From positions 186,615-250,614 of the forward strand of contig JBEIPA010000004.1 of NCBI GenBank assembly GCA_040377305.1: a DNA stretch of 64,000 nucleotides. Reading direction: 5' to 3'. The stretch is from Flavobacteriales bacterium. Lineage in GTDB: Bacteria > Bacteroidota > Bacteroidia > Palsa-965. The notes beneath the pieces were generated by a model, which saw only the letters and a program-made list of their open reading frames with translations, searched no databases and was not told where the DNA came from. The position numbers and the translations under genes are program-made. Shown here piece after piece: positions 1 through 9,618 of the stretch. Position 1 is the stretch's first letter. Each line of letters opens with the position of its first letter.

Positions 1-2184
1 GAATCCAACTTGTGGAACAGGGTTCACCACAATGGTAATTGATGCACTTGAAGTACATCCGTTAGCGTCTGTTCCTGTAACTGTGTAAGTTGTCGTGTTT
101 GATGGAGTCGCCTGGTTGTTTGCTGCTGTCTGAGACTGAAGCGCAATGTTTGGCGTCCAAACGTAGCTCAATCCACCAACACCGTTGATCAGTGCTGTTT
201 CACCAAGACAGATTGTGTCGTCTGGTGTACTTGCAGTAATGTTTGGCTGCTGGTTAACTGTAACGTTAATCGTGTCTGCAGAAATACAACCGTTAGCAGC
301 TATTACGTTAACTGTATAAGATGTGTTTCCTGTTGGAGCAGCAACAACCGACTGTGTGTTGGTTGCACCTATGATGCTTCCTGCAGGAGACCATGCATAC
401 GTTCCGCCCGCTACACCAACATTCAGTGTTACTTGAGTTCCACCGCAAACACTGAAGTCAGGACCTGCGTAAACTGATGGTGCCGGAGAAACGTTCACGA
501 TTACCGTGTCAGTAGTAATACAGTTGTTTGTGTTTCCTGTTACCACGTACGTTGTTGTGGTTGTCGGATTAACCGTAACAGAACTTCCTGTCATGTTGCC
601 AGGGCTCCACGAATACGATGTTGCTCCTGAAACAGAAAGCGTTGCAATACCGCCTGCGCAGAATGTAGTATCACCTAATGCGGTAATCGGTGGTGCGGTA
701 GTAACCTGAACTAATACAGAATCAACTGCAGTACATCCGAAAAGGTTTGTGGCAGTTACCGTGTATGTTGTTGTTACTGTTGGTGTAGCTGTCGGGTTTG
801 CAGTATTTGCGCCCGTGAGCGTACCCGAAGGTTGCCAGCTATACGTTTGACCTGGCTGACCAGATGCAACAAGAATCGTTGAGTTACCGTTGCAGATGCT
901 CACCGATGGGCTTGCGGTTACAACCGGCATTGAAATGTTTACTGTTACCATATCCGAATCAGAACATCCGTTCGCATCGGTTATATAGAGTGTGTACGTT
1001 GTGGTTGATGGAGGACAAACGTTTACTGTTGATCCCGACAAGTTGCCCGGCATCCAGTTGTAAGTTACGCCACCCGATCCTGTGAGGTTAGTACAACCTC
1101 CGCTGCAAACTGAAGTATTTTGTCCAGCGTCAGCAACCGGCGATTGGTTCACGGTTACCTGTACTGGTGGGGAAACAGAACTTCCGCACCCCGACCCAGG
1201 CCATCCCGTACCTGTAACAATTGCATGATAGAAAAGCGATGATGAAAGTGGTCCGGTGTTGAGTGAGTCGTTGTTTGTTCCAACATTGAACCACGTTACG
1301 GCATTGGTAGAAACCTGCCACTGAATTGTTCCGGCACTTTGTCCGGAAAGCACAACCCATGAAGATTGTCCTGAACAAAGTCCCGTTGGTGATGCTGTAG
1401 GAACACCGGCACTCGGCGGTGGTCCAATTGATACGCTTACTGTGTCGTCGTTAGAAGTGATAGTGAAGCAACCACCAGTTACTGTTACAGTGTAAATCTG
1501 AACAGCAGGAGCAGTTTGCAACGTACAAATTGGGTTCGCAATATTGGGGTTACTCAGACCTACAGTAGGAGTCCATGAATATGTGAAAGTTGCACCAGGA
1601 CATCCACCGGAAACGCTTGCGTCAAACTGGAAAAGATCGCCAGGACAACCAGAGTACTGAGGGTTTCCTGTTGAAAGGAGTTCAGATGTAGTTGAAAGAA
1701 TTGCCGAAGGAGGCAAGCCTGGAGTTGTGAAAGTAAAAGAAGCTGACCAAGGGCCCGGAGAGGTTGGGTTCTCGACGAGCTCGCGAACGCGCCAGTAGTA
1801 CTGCGTTCCAGGGCAGAGTTGGTTAAACGGAATAACGATTGGAAAATACGGCTCCACTACACAGTTTTCCGGTGCGGGTGGGTTGAGTAAACTGTGGTAC
1901 CATGGGGCTGTTCCCCAAAGAGGGCTGCTTGGAACGGGAGATGCACCAGTGAATCCGTTAGGATCACAAGTTACTTCCACTTCCATCCAATACGGTCCAC
2001 AACCGCATGTTGCTGCGTCAGAGAAACCATTGATGGTTACGTCTGCCGGATTTACTGTTTGGGAGGGGCTAACAATTGTAACACCGTGACACGCATTCGC
2101 AGATTTAACTCCAGCGAAAAGCACCACTGTTGCAATGAAAATTGCCTTGATGAATCCCTTGTACTTCGTAGAAAATTGTTTCAT
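1..2184 (-). CDS. Large secreted protein with Ig/PKD/SprB-like repeats, probable T9SS cargo; 3' end lies outside the window
   Basis: Not in the ORF track because it runs off the edge. ATG at 2184 reads MKQFSTKYKGFIKAIFIATVVLFAGVKSANACHG (signal peptide), followed by Thr/Cys/Pro-rich repeats of the YxWxP...TTYTVTxxxxNGC type. Confidence 0.8.
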   Translation of the reverse strand, partial: MKQFSTKYKGFIKAIFIATVVLFAGVKSANACHGVTIVSPSQTVNPADVTINGFSDAATCGCGPYWMEVEVTCDPNGFTGASPVPSSPLWGTAPWYHSLLNPPAPENCVVEPYFPIVIPFNQLCPGTQYYWRVRELVENPTSPGPWSASFTFTTPGLPPSAILSTTSELLSTGNPQYSGCPGDLFQFDASVSGGCPGATFTYSWTPTVGLSNPNIANPICTLQTAPAVQIYTVTVTGGCFTITSNDDTVSVSIGPPPSAGVPTASPTGLCSGQSSWVVLSGQSAGTIQWQVSTNAVTWFNVGTNNDSLNTGPLSSSLFYHAIVTGTGWPGSGCGSSVSPPVQVTVNQSPVADAGQNTSVCSGGCTNLTGSGGVTYNWMPGNLSGSTVNVCPPSTTTYTLYITDANGCSDSDMVTVNISMPVVTASPSVSICNGNSTILVASGQPGQTYSWQPSGTLTGANTANPTATPTVTTTYTVTATNLFGCTAVDSVLVQVTTAPPITALGDTTFCAGGIATLSVSGATSYSWSPGNMTGSSVTVNPTTTTTYVVTGNTNNCITTDTVIVNVSPAPSVYAGPDFSVCGGTQVTLNVGVAGGTYAWSPAGSIIGATNTQSVVAAPTGNTSYTVNVIAANGCISADTINVTVNQQPNITASTPDDTICLGETALINGVGGLSYVWTPNIALQSQTAANNQATPSNTTTYTVTGTDANGCTSSASITIVVNPVPQVGF

Positions 2185-2368
2185 GTTCTAGTTAGGTTCT
2201 CGTTCCTGATACCGGCTTGCCGACCGTATTATGTACCGAATTGCAAATCTGCAAAAAAAATCGCAGATTTTGTTAACAAAACAGGCAAAAAATGCGGTCG
2301 GATTTCGCTTATGTTTTGGGTAATTTCGACCCGGTTATCACCCCCGATCCGCCGGTGCGGAGAATTGT

Positions 2369-4738
2369 ATGGCGAGAAAAAGCAAAAAAAGCGGCTCTTA
2401 TGTGTTTGAGGACATTCTTAAACTGCTCGAAAATCATCCGGGCAAGGCCTGGAATTACAAACAGGTCGCCTCAGAACTCAGGATCCATAGTCACGAAGAT
2501 CGGGCTATGGTTCAGTTGCTGCTCGATGATCTCGTGAAGAAGGGACAGGTCGAAGAAGTAGATCGCGGCAAATTCAGGATAAAATCGGGGGATAAAATCG
2601 TTACGGGCATTCTCGACATGACCGCTTCCGGTGCTGCATATGTTAAAACGCCGGATCTGGAACAGGATGTTTTCATTGCTCCAAGAAATACGTTCGGAAG
2701 TTTTCATGGAGACACGGTAGCCGTTCAGCTGTTTCGTAAGCGAAAGCCAGGAGCTCAGGAGGAAGGTGAAGTAAAGCAGATCGTAAAGCGCGGCAGAACA
2801 GAATTTGTGGCAACACTCGAAGTTGAAAATCGTGTGGCTTTCGGAATTACTGACAATAAAAAATATCCGGACTTTATCATTCCCAAAGACAAAATCGGGA
2901 AAGCTAAAGACGGAGAGAAAGTGGTTGTGCGCTTCACAGATTGGGAAGATTATTCTGATTTACCTCGCGGGGAAGTGGCAGCTGTTCTTGGACAGCCTGG
3001 CGAGAATAACACCGAGATTCATGCGATTATGGTGGAATACGGATTACCGTATGAATTTCCACCCGACGTTGAGCGCGTTGCTTCTCTCATTCCAACCGAA
3101 ATTACGAAGGAGGAAATTGCAAAGCGACGCGATTTCCGCTCGACGCTCACATTTACAATCGATCCATTTGATGCGAAAGATTTCGATGATGCTTTGTCGA
3201 TTAAGAAGCTGGACAATGGTCATTGGGAAATCGGCGTTCACATTGCCGATGTTTCACATTATCTGCATCCCGGAACATTGCTCGACAAAGAGGCGATAAT
3301 ACGTGCAACTTCGGTTTACTTAGTTGATCGCGTTGTACCGATGTTGCCCGAAGTGCTGTCCAATTTTGTGTGCTCACTTCGTCCGAATGAAGAGAAATTA
3401 ACTTTCTCTGCTGTCTTTGAACTGGACGAAGAGGGAACTGTTCACTCCGAGTGGTTCGGAAGAACAGTAATCAATTCTGCGAGGAGATTTACTTACGAAG
3501 ATGTTCAGGAAATTCTCGAAGGAGCAGAAGGTGATCATAAAACTGAATTACACGTTCTCGATAAAATTGCGAAGCATTTACGTGCAGCGCGAATGGCAAA
3601 AGGATCACTCACATTTGATAAAGCCGAAGTGAAATTCAATCTCGACGAGAAAGGAAATCCTACGGGCGTTTATTTCAAGGTGATGAAAGATTCGAATCAG
3701 CTCATTGAGGATTTCATGTTGCTTGCGAATCGTCGCGTTGCCGAATACGTTGCACTCCAGCGCAAAGCTGGCGAAGCTCCGAAAAAACAAACTGATAATC
3801 GTCGTCCGTTTGTTTATCGAATTCACGCCACGCCAAATCCGGATAAAATTTCAGAGTTCTCGAATTTCGTTGGCACTTTCGGCTACAAGATAAATGCAGG
3901 AAGTGACGGAGCTATTGCTCAATCGCTCAACAAACTTCTGAAAGATGTTCAGGGAAAACCCGAACAGAGCATGATTGAAACACTTGCAATCCGTACAATG
4001 GCGAAAGCTATTTATTCAACCAACAACATTGGTCACTACGGATTAGGCTTTCAGTTTTATTCTCACTTCACATCACCAATTCGTCGTTACCCGGATGTAC
4101 TTGCGCATCGGTTGCTGCAATTGTATCTCGATCGCGACGCTGGAAAAACCAAAGAGCTTCCTCCGGATGTTGAATCACTTGAAGAGGAGTGTAAACATTG
4201 TTCGGAGCGAGAAAAGCTCGCAGCAGAAGCAGAGCGCGCATCTATTAAGTACAAGCAGGTTCAGTTCTTACAGGATAAAATCGGACAGATTTTCCCGGCA
4301 CTGATTTCCGGTGTAACTGAGTTCGGATTGTTTGCTGAGCTTGAAGGCAACAAGTGCGAAGGAATGGTGCATGTACGCAATATGAAAGATGACCGTTATG
4401 TATTCGAAGCGGAAAGCTACCGTATGCGCGGAATACGAACTGGTCGTTTGTTTCAGCTTGGAGATAAAGTTCACGTACGTATTAAATCTGCCGATTTGCT
4501 CAAGAAGCAAATTGATTTTGAGTTGGTAGATGGAGAGGGTGGAGAAGATCTCAAAAGGGAAACTGCCGCCGAGCGCAAAACTCGTTTCGATCGCGAAGAA
4601 GAAGAGGGAGGAAAATTTCATCCTACGAAACCGCAATTGTGGAATCCGGCAGGTGAACTAGGTACAGGCGGCGATCGCAAGCCAAAACACCGCAGCAAAG
4701 ACCAGCGCGACAACAAGGGAAAGAAAAAGAATCGTTGA
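2369..4738 (+). CDS. rnr: Ribonuclease R
   Basis: N-terminal HTH, cold-shock OB folds, RNB motifs TIDPFDAKDFDDA and HFTSPIRRYPD, S1 domain, basic tail. Confidence 0.97.
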   Translation: MARKSKKSGSYVFEDILKLLENHPGKAWNYKQVASELRIHSHEDRAMVQLLLDDLVKKGQVEEVDRGKFRIKSGDKIVTGILDMTASGAAYVKTPDLEQDVFIAPRNTFGSFHGDTVAVQLFRKRKPGAQEEGEVKQIVKRGRTEFVATLEVENRVAFGITDNKKYPDFIIPKDKIGKAKDGEKVVVRFTDWEDYSDLPRGEVAAVLGQPGENNTEIHAIMVEYGLPYEFPPDVERVASLIPTEITKEEIAKRRDFRSTLTFTIDPFDAKDFDDALSIKKLDNGHWEIGVHIADVSHYLHPGTLLDKEAIIRATSVYLVDRVVPMLPEVLSNFVCSLRPNEEKLTFSAVFELDEEGTVHSEWFGRTVINSARRFTYEDVQEILEGAEGDHKTELHVLDKIAKHLRAARMAKGSLTFDKAEVKFNLDEKGNPTGVYFKVMKDSNQLIEDFMLLANRRVAEYVALQRKAGEAPKKQTDNRRPFVYRIHATPNPDKISEFSNFVGTFGYKINAGSDGAIAQSLNKLLKDVQGKPEQSMIETLAIRTMAKAIYSTNNIGHYGLGFQFYSHFTSPIRRYPDVLAHRLLQLYLDRDAGKTKELPPDVESLEEECKHCSEREKLAAEAERASIKYKQVQFLQDKIGQIFPALISGVTEFGLFAELEGNKCEGMVHVRNMKDDRYVFEAESYRMRGIRTGRLFQLGDKVHVRIKSADLLKKQIDFELVDGEGGEDLKRETAAERKTRFDREEEEGGKFHPTKPQLWNPAGELGTGGDRKPKHRSKDQRDNKGKKKNR

Positions 4739-4804
4739 GTTTCATGTGATGTGATTGGGAAGTGTTCTATATTAGTTATGGCAACACACTTTTTCCTGAA
4801 TCAC

Positions 4805-6580
4805 ATGCGCAAACTTCTACTCTACTCCATTCTGTTTTCGTGCGGAACATCATTTGCACAATCTGCGCTTCCTGTAATTGAATGGGCGAATTACGCTACC
4901 GGAACACCCGGTGTAGCAACCTATTCCTATTCCTCGTGCTACGACAGAAACGGGAATTCATTTATACTGGGAGCTTTCAACAATCAATCGGGAACGCTCG
5001 ATATTGATCCTTCTGCCAACACATGTCTTCTGAACGACTATGTGGGTATGTTCATTGCGAAGTATGACCCAAACGGCTCTATGCTTTGGGGAAAGCAGAT
5101 AGACATCACCACGCTTCAGATGCAATCAAGTGTAACGCCTAGAAATATTGCCTGTGATGATTCCGGAAATGTTTACATCACAGGTGCGCTCACCGATGTC
5201 AATGTAGATTTCGACATGGCGAACGCCTCGAATCCTGTTCTCACCACTGCGGGTGGTTTCGATTTATTCCTCGCGAAGTATTCTCCGGTGGGAAATCTTG
5301 TCTGGGCTTTTCTTCTTGGATCAACTGCACATGAAGAAGGTTTGAGTATGGTTTCTTACGGCGACAAACTATACATCGCCGGACAATATGGTTGCTTCAC
5401 CGATTTTGATCCCGACACGGGTACGCATGTCCCTCCTATTTCACAATTCTGTGTTTCCGGATTTCTCGCTTGCTACACCACAAACGGAGATTTTGTTTGG
5501 CAGAATTCGTATTGCGGGCCTTCTCTTTCTGCTGCGGGCTATGGAATTCCGAATACGGTTCGCATGGATTCGAATTATGATCTCGTGATTTGCGGGCGAA
5601 TGGGTGGTGTGGTCGATTATAATCCGGGCGCGGGACTCGACACTCTTTCTGTTCAACCAACAGGAGGCTCTGATGGCTTCTTCGCGAAGTTTGACACAAG
5701 CGGGAATTTCATTTTCGCGAAATCGCTCGCGACCATTACTGATATGGTGTTTCCATATCTTGATGTAGATGGAAACGATAATATCATCATCGCAGGTTCT
5801 TTCAACGGTATTGTTGATTTCGATCCGTCTGCAAGTGTTTACACCGATACTGCGAGCGATTATCTGGTTTCGGGCGCCACCGATGTGTTTCTGGCGAAGT
5901 ACAACAGCAGCGGAAGTTTGCTCTGGGAAAAATCGTTCGGCAGAACCGGTTATGAAGATCTTGTTACGTTGGCTGTTGATGATGCAAACCATATTCTTCT
6001 CGGTGGACAATTCGGAGATTCGGTCGACATCGATTTTGGTTCTGGCGTCTATATGTTATACGATCCTCTTAATAACAACGGTCTCACCGATGCATTCGCA
6101 ATCAAGTACGACGAGAATGGAAATATCCTGTTTGGATTTTCAATTTCCGGTGCGTCGTATGATCGCGTGTCTAGTGTTTCATGTTATAACGAGCAATTCA
6201 TTATAAGCGGAACGCATACTGCAACGTGGGACTTTGATCCGACGTCTGGCACATATACGGTTCCTGCGCTCACAACGAATGGTCCGAATTATTTCCATGC
6301 GCAGTATTTCGATACGGCCATGGCGATTTCTGTTCCCGAGTTGTTCGTTGACAACGGTTTATTCGCATATCCGAATCCGTGCACAGAATACTTGTACGTT
6401 CCCTCTGCGAATGAATTTGAATCGTATACCATCGTTGACGCCCAGGGAAGAATAGTTGTTTCATCGAAATCCAACTCCACAATTGACGTTTCGTCGCTTG
6501 CCCCCGGAGTTTATTACCTCTCATTCTTCGCAGAAAACGCAGGAGTTGCGCGAATGTCGTTCGTAAAAACTGAACCGTAA
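4805..6580 (+). CDS. T9SS type A sorting-domain protein with beta-propeller (SBBP-like) repeats
   Basis: Signal peptide MRKLLLYSILF (start moved from 4751), repeated DxFxAKYxxxGxxxW units, C-terminal YPNP...LAPGVYYL domain. Confidence 0.85.
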   Translation: MRKLLLYSILFSCGTSFAQSALPVIEWANYATGTPGVATYSYSSCYDRNGNSFILGAFNNQSGTLDIDPSANTCLLNDYVGMFIAKYDPNGSMLWGKQIDITTLQMQSSVTPRNIACDDSGNVYITGALTDVNVDFDMANASNPVLTTAGGFDLFLAKYSPVGNLVWAFLLGSTAHEEGLSMVSYGDKLYIAGQYGCFTDFDPDTGTHVPPISQFCVSGFLACYTTNGDFVWQNSYCGPSLSAAGYGIPNTVRMDSNYDLVICGRMGGVVDYNPGAGLDTLSVQPTGGSDGFFAKFDTSGNFIFAKSLATITDMVFPYLDVDGNDNIIIAGSFNGIVDFDPSASVYTDTASDYLVSGATDVFLAKYNSSGSLLWEKSFGRTGYEDLVTLAVDDANHILLGGQFGDSVDIDFGSGVYMLYDPLNNNGLTDAFAIKYDENGNILFGFSISGASYDRVSSVSCYNEQFIISGTHTATWDFDPTSGTYTVPALTTNGPNYFHAQYFDTAMAISVPELFVDNGLFAYPNPCTEYLYVPSANEFESYTIVDAQGRIVVSSKSNSTIDVSSLAPGVYYLSFFAENAGVARMSFVKTEP

Positions 6581-6618
6581 ATCCTTTTTTATATCTTTTC
6601 TAAAGCAAACTTCTTCTC

Positions 6619-7653
6619 ATGAAAAAATATTTACTCGTAGTTTCTGCATCGTTCGTAGCTCAATTTTCTTTTGCACAGGTTGTAGTTTCTCCGTCGGGTT
6701 CGGCTGGACAAATCGCGACATTGCTCACTGGTAACGGGGTAGTAATGTCTAATGTGGTCATCACGGGCGACACGAACGCTTACGGCAACTTTACATCAGT
6801 AGGTTCTTCGCTGGGAATGAACGGCGGATTAGTAATCACTACCGGTGCTGCGTTGAATGTGGTCGGTCCTAATAATAATACCGCTCAGGGAACATGCAAT
6901 GGATCCACCTTTACCGATCCTCAGCTAACGGCAGTTGAACCAATGGCATTCAACGATGTGTGCATTATTGAAATGGATTGCGTTCCTAACGACGATACGC
7001 TCTACTTCAATTATGTTTTTGGCTCTGAGGAATATCCGGAGTTTGTCTTCGCATCATTCAATGATGCGTTCGGAATTTTCGTCGATGGGACAAATCCGGC
7101 CGGTGGAAATTACACTGGATCAAATATGACCCTGCTGCCAACCGGAGGGCCCGTTACAATCAACAATGTGAACGCTACCGTAAATAGCCAATACTACGTA
7201 ACGAACAACGATACCATGTTGCAGTATGATGGCTTAACAACCAATTTAACAGCAGTCATTCCTGTTGTTCCGGGACAGACTTATCACCTGAAAATTATTG
7301 TAGCAGATGCGGGCGATTGCATTTACGATTCCGGTGTATTTCTTCAGGCGGGAAGTTTCCGTTGTGCGGGACAACCGCTTGATGCACCAGCGCCAGTTGC
7401 GCCTAAATCAACCGTTGCGGTCTATCCGGTTCCAACATCAACAAATCTGAATTTCTCATTCTCAACATTGACGAATGAAAATGTGGATATCGTGTTCTAT
7501 TCTCTCGATGGAAAAGCTGTTTTCGCTCGCAATTCACAAGCTGTGAACAATGTTGTTTCTGTGGATGTTTCTGCGCTTGCGGAAGGAATGTACATCGCGG
7601 AAATTATACACGACGGGGTTCGCGAAACAAAACGGATTGCAATCAGCGAGTAA
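6619..7653 (+). CDS. Choice-of-anchor L domain protein with T9SS type A C-terminal domain
   Basis: Signal peptide; FNYVFGSEEYPEFV...FNDAFGIF and ADAGDCIYDSGVF motifs; VYPVP...LAEGMYI C-terminal domain. Confidence 0.85.
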   Translation: MKKYLLVVSASFVAQFSFAQVVVSPSGSAGQIATLLTGNGVVMSNVVITGDTNAYGNFTSVGSSLGMNGGLVITTGAALNVVGPNNNTAQGTCNGSTFTDPQLTAVEPMAFNDVCIIEMDCVPNDDTLYFNYVFGSEEYPEFVFASFNDAFGIFVDGTNPAGGNYTGSNMTLLPTGGPVTINNVNATVNSQYYVTNNDTMLQYDGLTTNLTAVIPVVPGQTYHLKIIVADAGDCIYDSGVFLQAGSFRCAGQPLDAPAPVAPKSTVAVYPVPTSTNLNFSFSTLTNENVDIVFYSLDGKAVFARNSQAVNNVVSVDVSALAEGMYIAEIIHDGVRETKRIAISE

Positions 7654-7660
7654 TTCTTTC

Positions 7661-7793
7661 CGCCTTCGACGGAGTTTGTGCTGAGCGCGTCCCGATAGCT
7701 AACGGGAAAAGCGCAGAGTCTGATCAGAATTAACTTTCGCGGAAGAATTTCGGGCAGCACTTTGTTTTACTCGCGTAGCGAGTCGAAAATTTT
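7661..7793. repeat. Cluster of REP-like palindromic elements
   Basis: CCTTCGAC...CTGAGCG, near-palindrome TCCCGATAGCTAACGGGA (7690-7707) and GCGTAGCGAGTCGAAA (7773-7788). Confidence 0.6.
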
Positions 7794-8285
7794 TTAACGC
7801 GCCGGCTGTTTTATCGGAATCGCTATTCCTTTCTCGTTAAGCTGCTCATCATTCACCGAATCAAGGTCGACGAATTCGAATTGCACGTGGCTGTAGTACA
7901 CTTTGCCCAGCGCTTTCCGAATGGATTCCAAATCCACTTTTGCGAAATCTCTTGATCGCAGCCCGACAAAAAAGCTGGTTTGGTCTGCGCGCTCCAGAAA
8001 TTTTATTTCTGTAATTCCCAGTGAATCGCAATCAAGTCCGGCGAATACTTTTCTGAAGTTGATAATGTCGGTTTGAAGCATGGCCGGGCCTTCAATGTGA
8101 TGTTCCTTATCTGTTTCTCTTTTTTTGAAAAACACATAAACATATCGCGCAGCCGCAAGTGCAATAATTACGACGAGGTATTTTCCGATGCCCCAGCCGG
8201 TTTCTTTCAGGAGCATGGCGCTCACGAGTAATGTTAGAAACAGGGCAACTACAAACGCGAGGGCGGCGAGAAGATATTTCAGCAT
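7794..8285 (-). CDS. Hypothetical membrane protein (two N-terminal TM helices)
   Basis: 163-aa ORF with hydrophobic N-terminus. Confidence 0.7.
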   Translation of the reverse strand: MLKYLLAALAFVVALFLTLLVSAMLLKETGWGIGKYLVVIIALAAARYVYVFFKKRETDKEHHIEGPAMLQTDIINFRKVFAGLDCDSLGITEIKFLERADQTSFFVGLRSRDFAKVDLESIRKALGKVYYSHVQFEFVDLDSVNDEQLNEKGIAIPIKQPAR

Positions 8286-8322
8286 GAGAATTTTGAAATG
8301 GAATTACCAAGCTAAGAAAACC

Positions 8323-8374
8323 CGCGGAAAAAATTCTGGTGGGTGGTTGGAATGAGCGTAGCGAGTCGAAATTT
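8323..8374. repeat. Second copy of the REP-like unit at 7738-7793
   Basis: CGCGGAA...GCGTAGCGAGTCGAAA; 16-bp identity between 8356-8371 and 7773-7788. Confidence 0.7.
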
Positions 8375-8827
8375 TTAAGACGGCGGAAGACGTTCGTCGT
8401 ATTCAAATGGGTTTCGTCCCTCTACACTTAGATCGTGCACGACCTTTGCATAAGTATAACAGCGGCTACAGAAATCATACTTCATACGTCCACGTTTCGT
8501 TGTTCTTGAGACCATGTCCTTATTGCATCGAGTACACGTGGACGCCCACGAACGAAATATTACTATACCAAGAACGAATATTGCTAACGCGCCGAAACCT
8601 AATACAAGCAGATTGAAAGATAGGAATGCAATCAGAGTGACGAACAGAAGAAGAACACCGCAAATTTTTAAAGTGTTTAATAATGCACCCGTTCGAACCG
8701 TCCTTATCCTTTCCATATTTAAGAACTCTACCTTCGCATCGTACGGTATATTGGCATTGGAAACCTCCAGAGAAGCTTTTGTCTCCAAAAGTTTTTGAAT
8801 GCGGTTTGCCGTTGATTCTATATCCAT
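8375..8827 (-). CDS. Hypothetical membrane protein with C-terminal CxxC...CxxC zinc ribbon
   Basis: Two TM helices, then CTRC...CSRC. Confidence 0.7.
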   Translation of the reverse strand: MDIESTANRIQKLLETKASLEVSNANIPYDAKVEFLNMERIRTVRTGALLNTLKICGVLLLFVTLIAFLSFNLLVLGFGALAIFVLGIVIFRSWASTCTRCNKDMVSRTTKRGRMKYDFCSRCYTYAKVVHDLSVEGRNPFEYDERLPPS

Positions 8828-8854
8828 AAAAAATCCCGGTAATTAGCCGGGATT
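8828..8854 (-). terminator. Intrinsic terminator after the LytTR regulator
   Basis: AATCCCGG/CCGGGATT stem with U-tract on the minus strand. Confidence 0.7.
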
Positions 8855-8860
8855 CCCTTT

Positions 8861-9613
8861 TTATACTTGATTGATCTTTTTCGTCAGTTCGTCTTTGTAT
8901 GAACCTCCGATCGGAATCGGTTTCTTTTCGTCTTCGAGCAGCAGGTTTGGCGACTCGATTGCAACGATCTTGTCGATACGCACAATGAACGAACGGTGAA
9001 CACGCACAAACTCGTTTGGAGAAAGTTTGCGTTCGATATCTTTCATTGTAGAGTGGATCGTGTAACGCGCATTGAGCGTATTGATCACCACGTAGTCTTT
9101 CAAAGCTTCGATGAAGTAAATATCCTTTGTGCGGACTTTCACCAAACGCGAATTTGATTTCACGAAGATGATGTCTTTGAAATCCTTGTTCTCGACAATC
9201 GAGTACAGGAAGTCGCGCTCTTTGCGGATATCAGTTTCTTTCTGGTGCTTGTATTGCGCCATCTCGATAGACGTGCGCAAATCAATTTCCTTGAAAGGCT
9301 TAATGATGTATCCGTAAGGCTCAGTAATTTTTGCTTTGCTGAGCGTGCTTTCGTCGGCGTATGCCGTGAGGTAAATGATTGGAATGTTGAAGCGGGCGCG
9401 TATTTGCTCCGCTGCTTCAATTCCGCTCATCTCGCCTTTCAGCATGATGTCCATGAGCACAAGATCAGGGGAATGTTCTTCCGCTGCACGGATTGCATCT
9501 TCACCATTGGAGCAAAGAGCGACTACGTTGTAGCCAAGCTTGCGCAACGACATCTGAATGTCTTTGGCAACGATGCTCTCATCCTCAACGATCAGGATAT
9601 TGGTTTTAGACAT
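8861..9613 (-). CDS. LytTR-family response regulator
   Basis: Receiver motifs (IVEDE, LMDIML, IIKPF) plus LytTR domain (FVRVHRSFIV). Confidence 0.95.
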   Translation of the reverse strand: MSKTNILIVEDESIVAKDIQMSLRKLGYNVVALCSNGEDAIRAAEEHSPDLVLMDIMLKGEMSGIEAAEQIRARFNIPIIYLTAYADESTLSKAKITEPYGYIIKPFKEIDLRTSIEMAQYKHQKETDIRKERDFLYSIVENKDFKDIIFVKSNSRLVKVRTKDIYFIEALKDYVVINTLNARYTIHSTMKDIERKLSPNEFVRVHRSFIVRIDKIVAIESPNLLLEDEKKPIPIGGSYKDELTKKINQV

Positions 9614-9618
9614 ATCGG

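Noticed and set aside
506-2409. Short ORFs listed in the first 2.4 kb
   Set aside because: Shadows of the long minus-strand gene starting at 2184 that runs off the window
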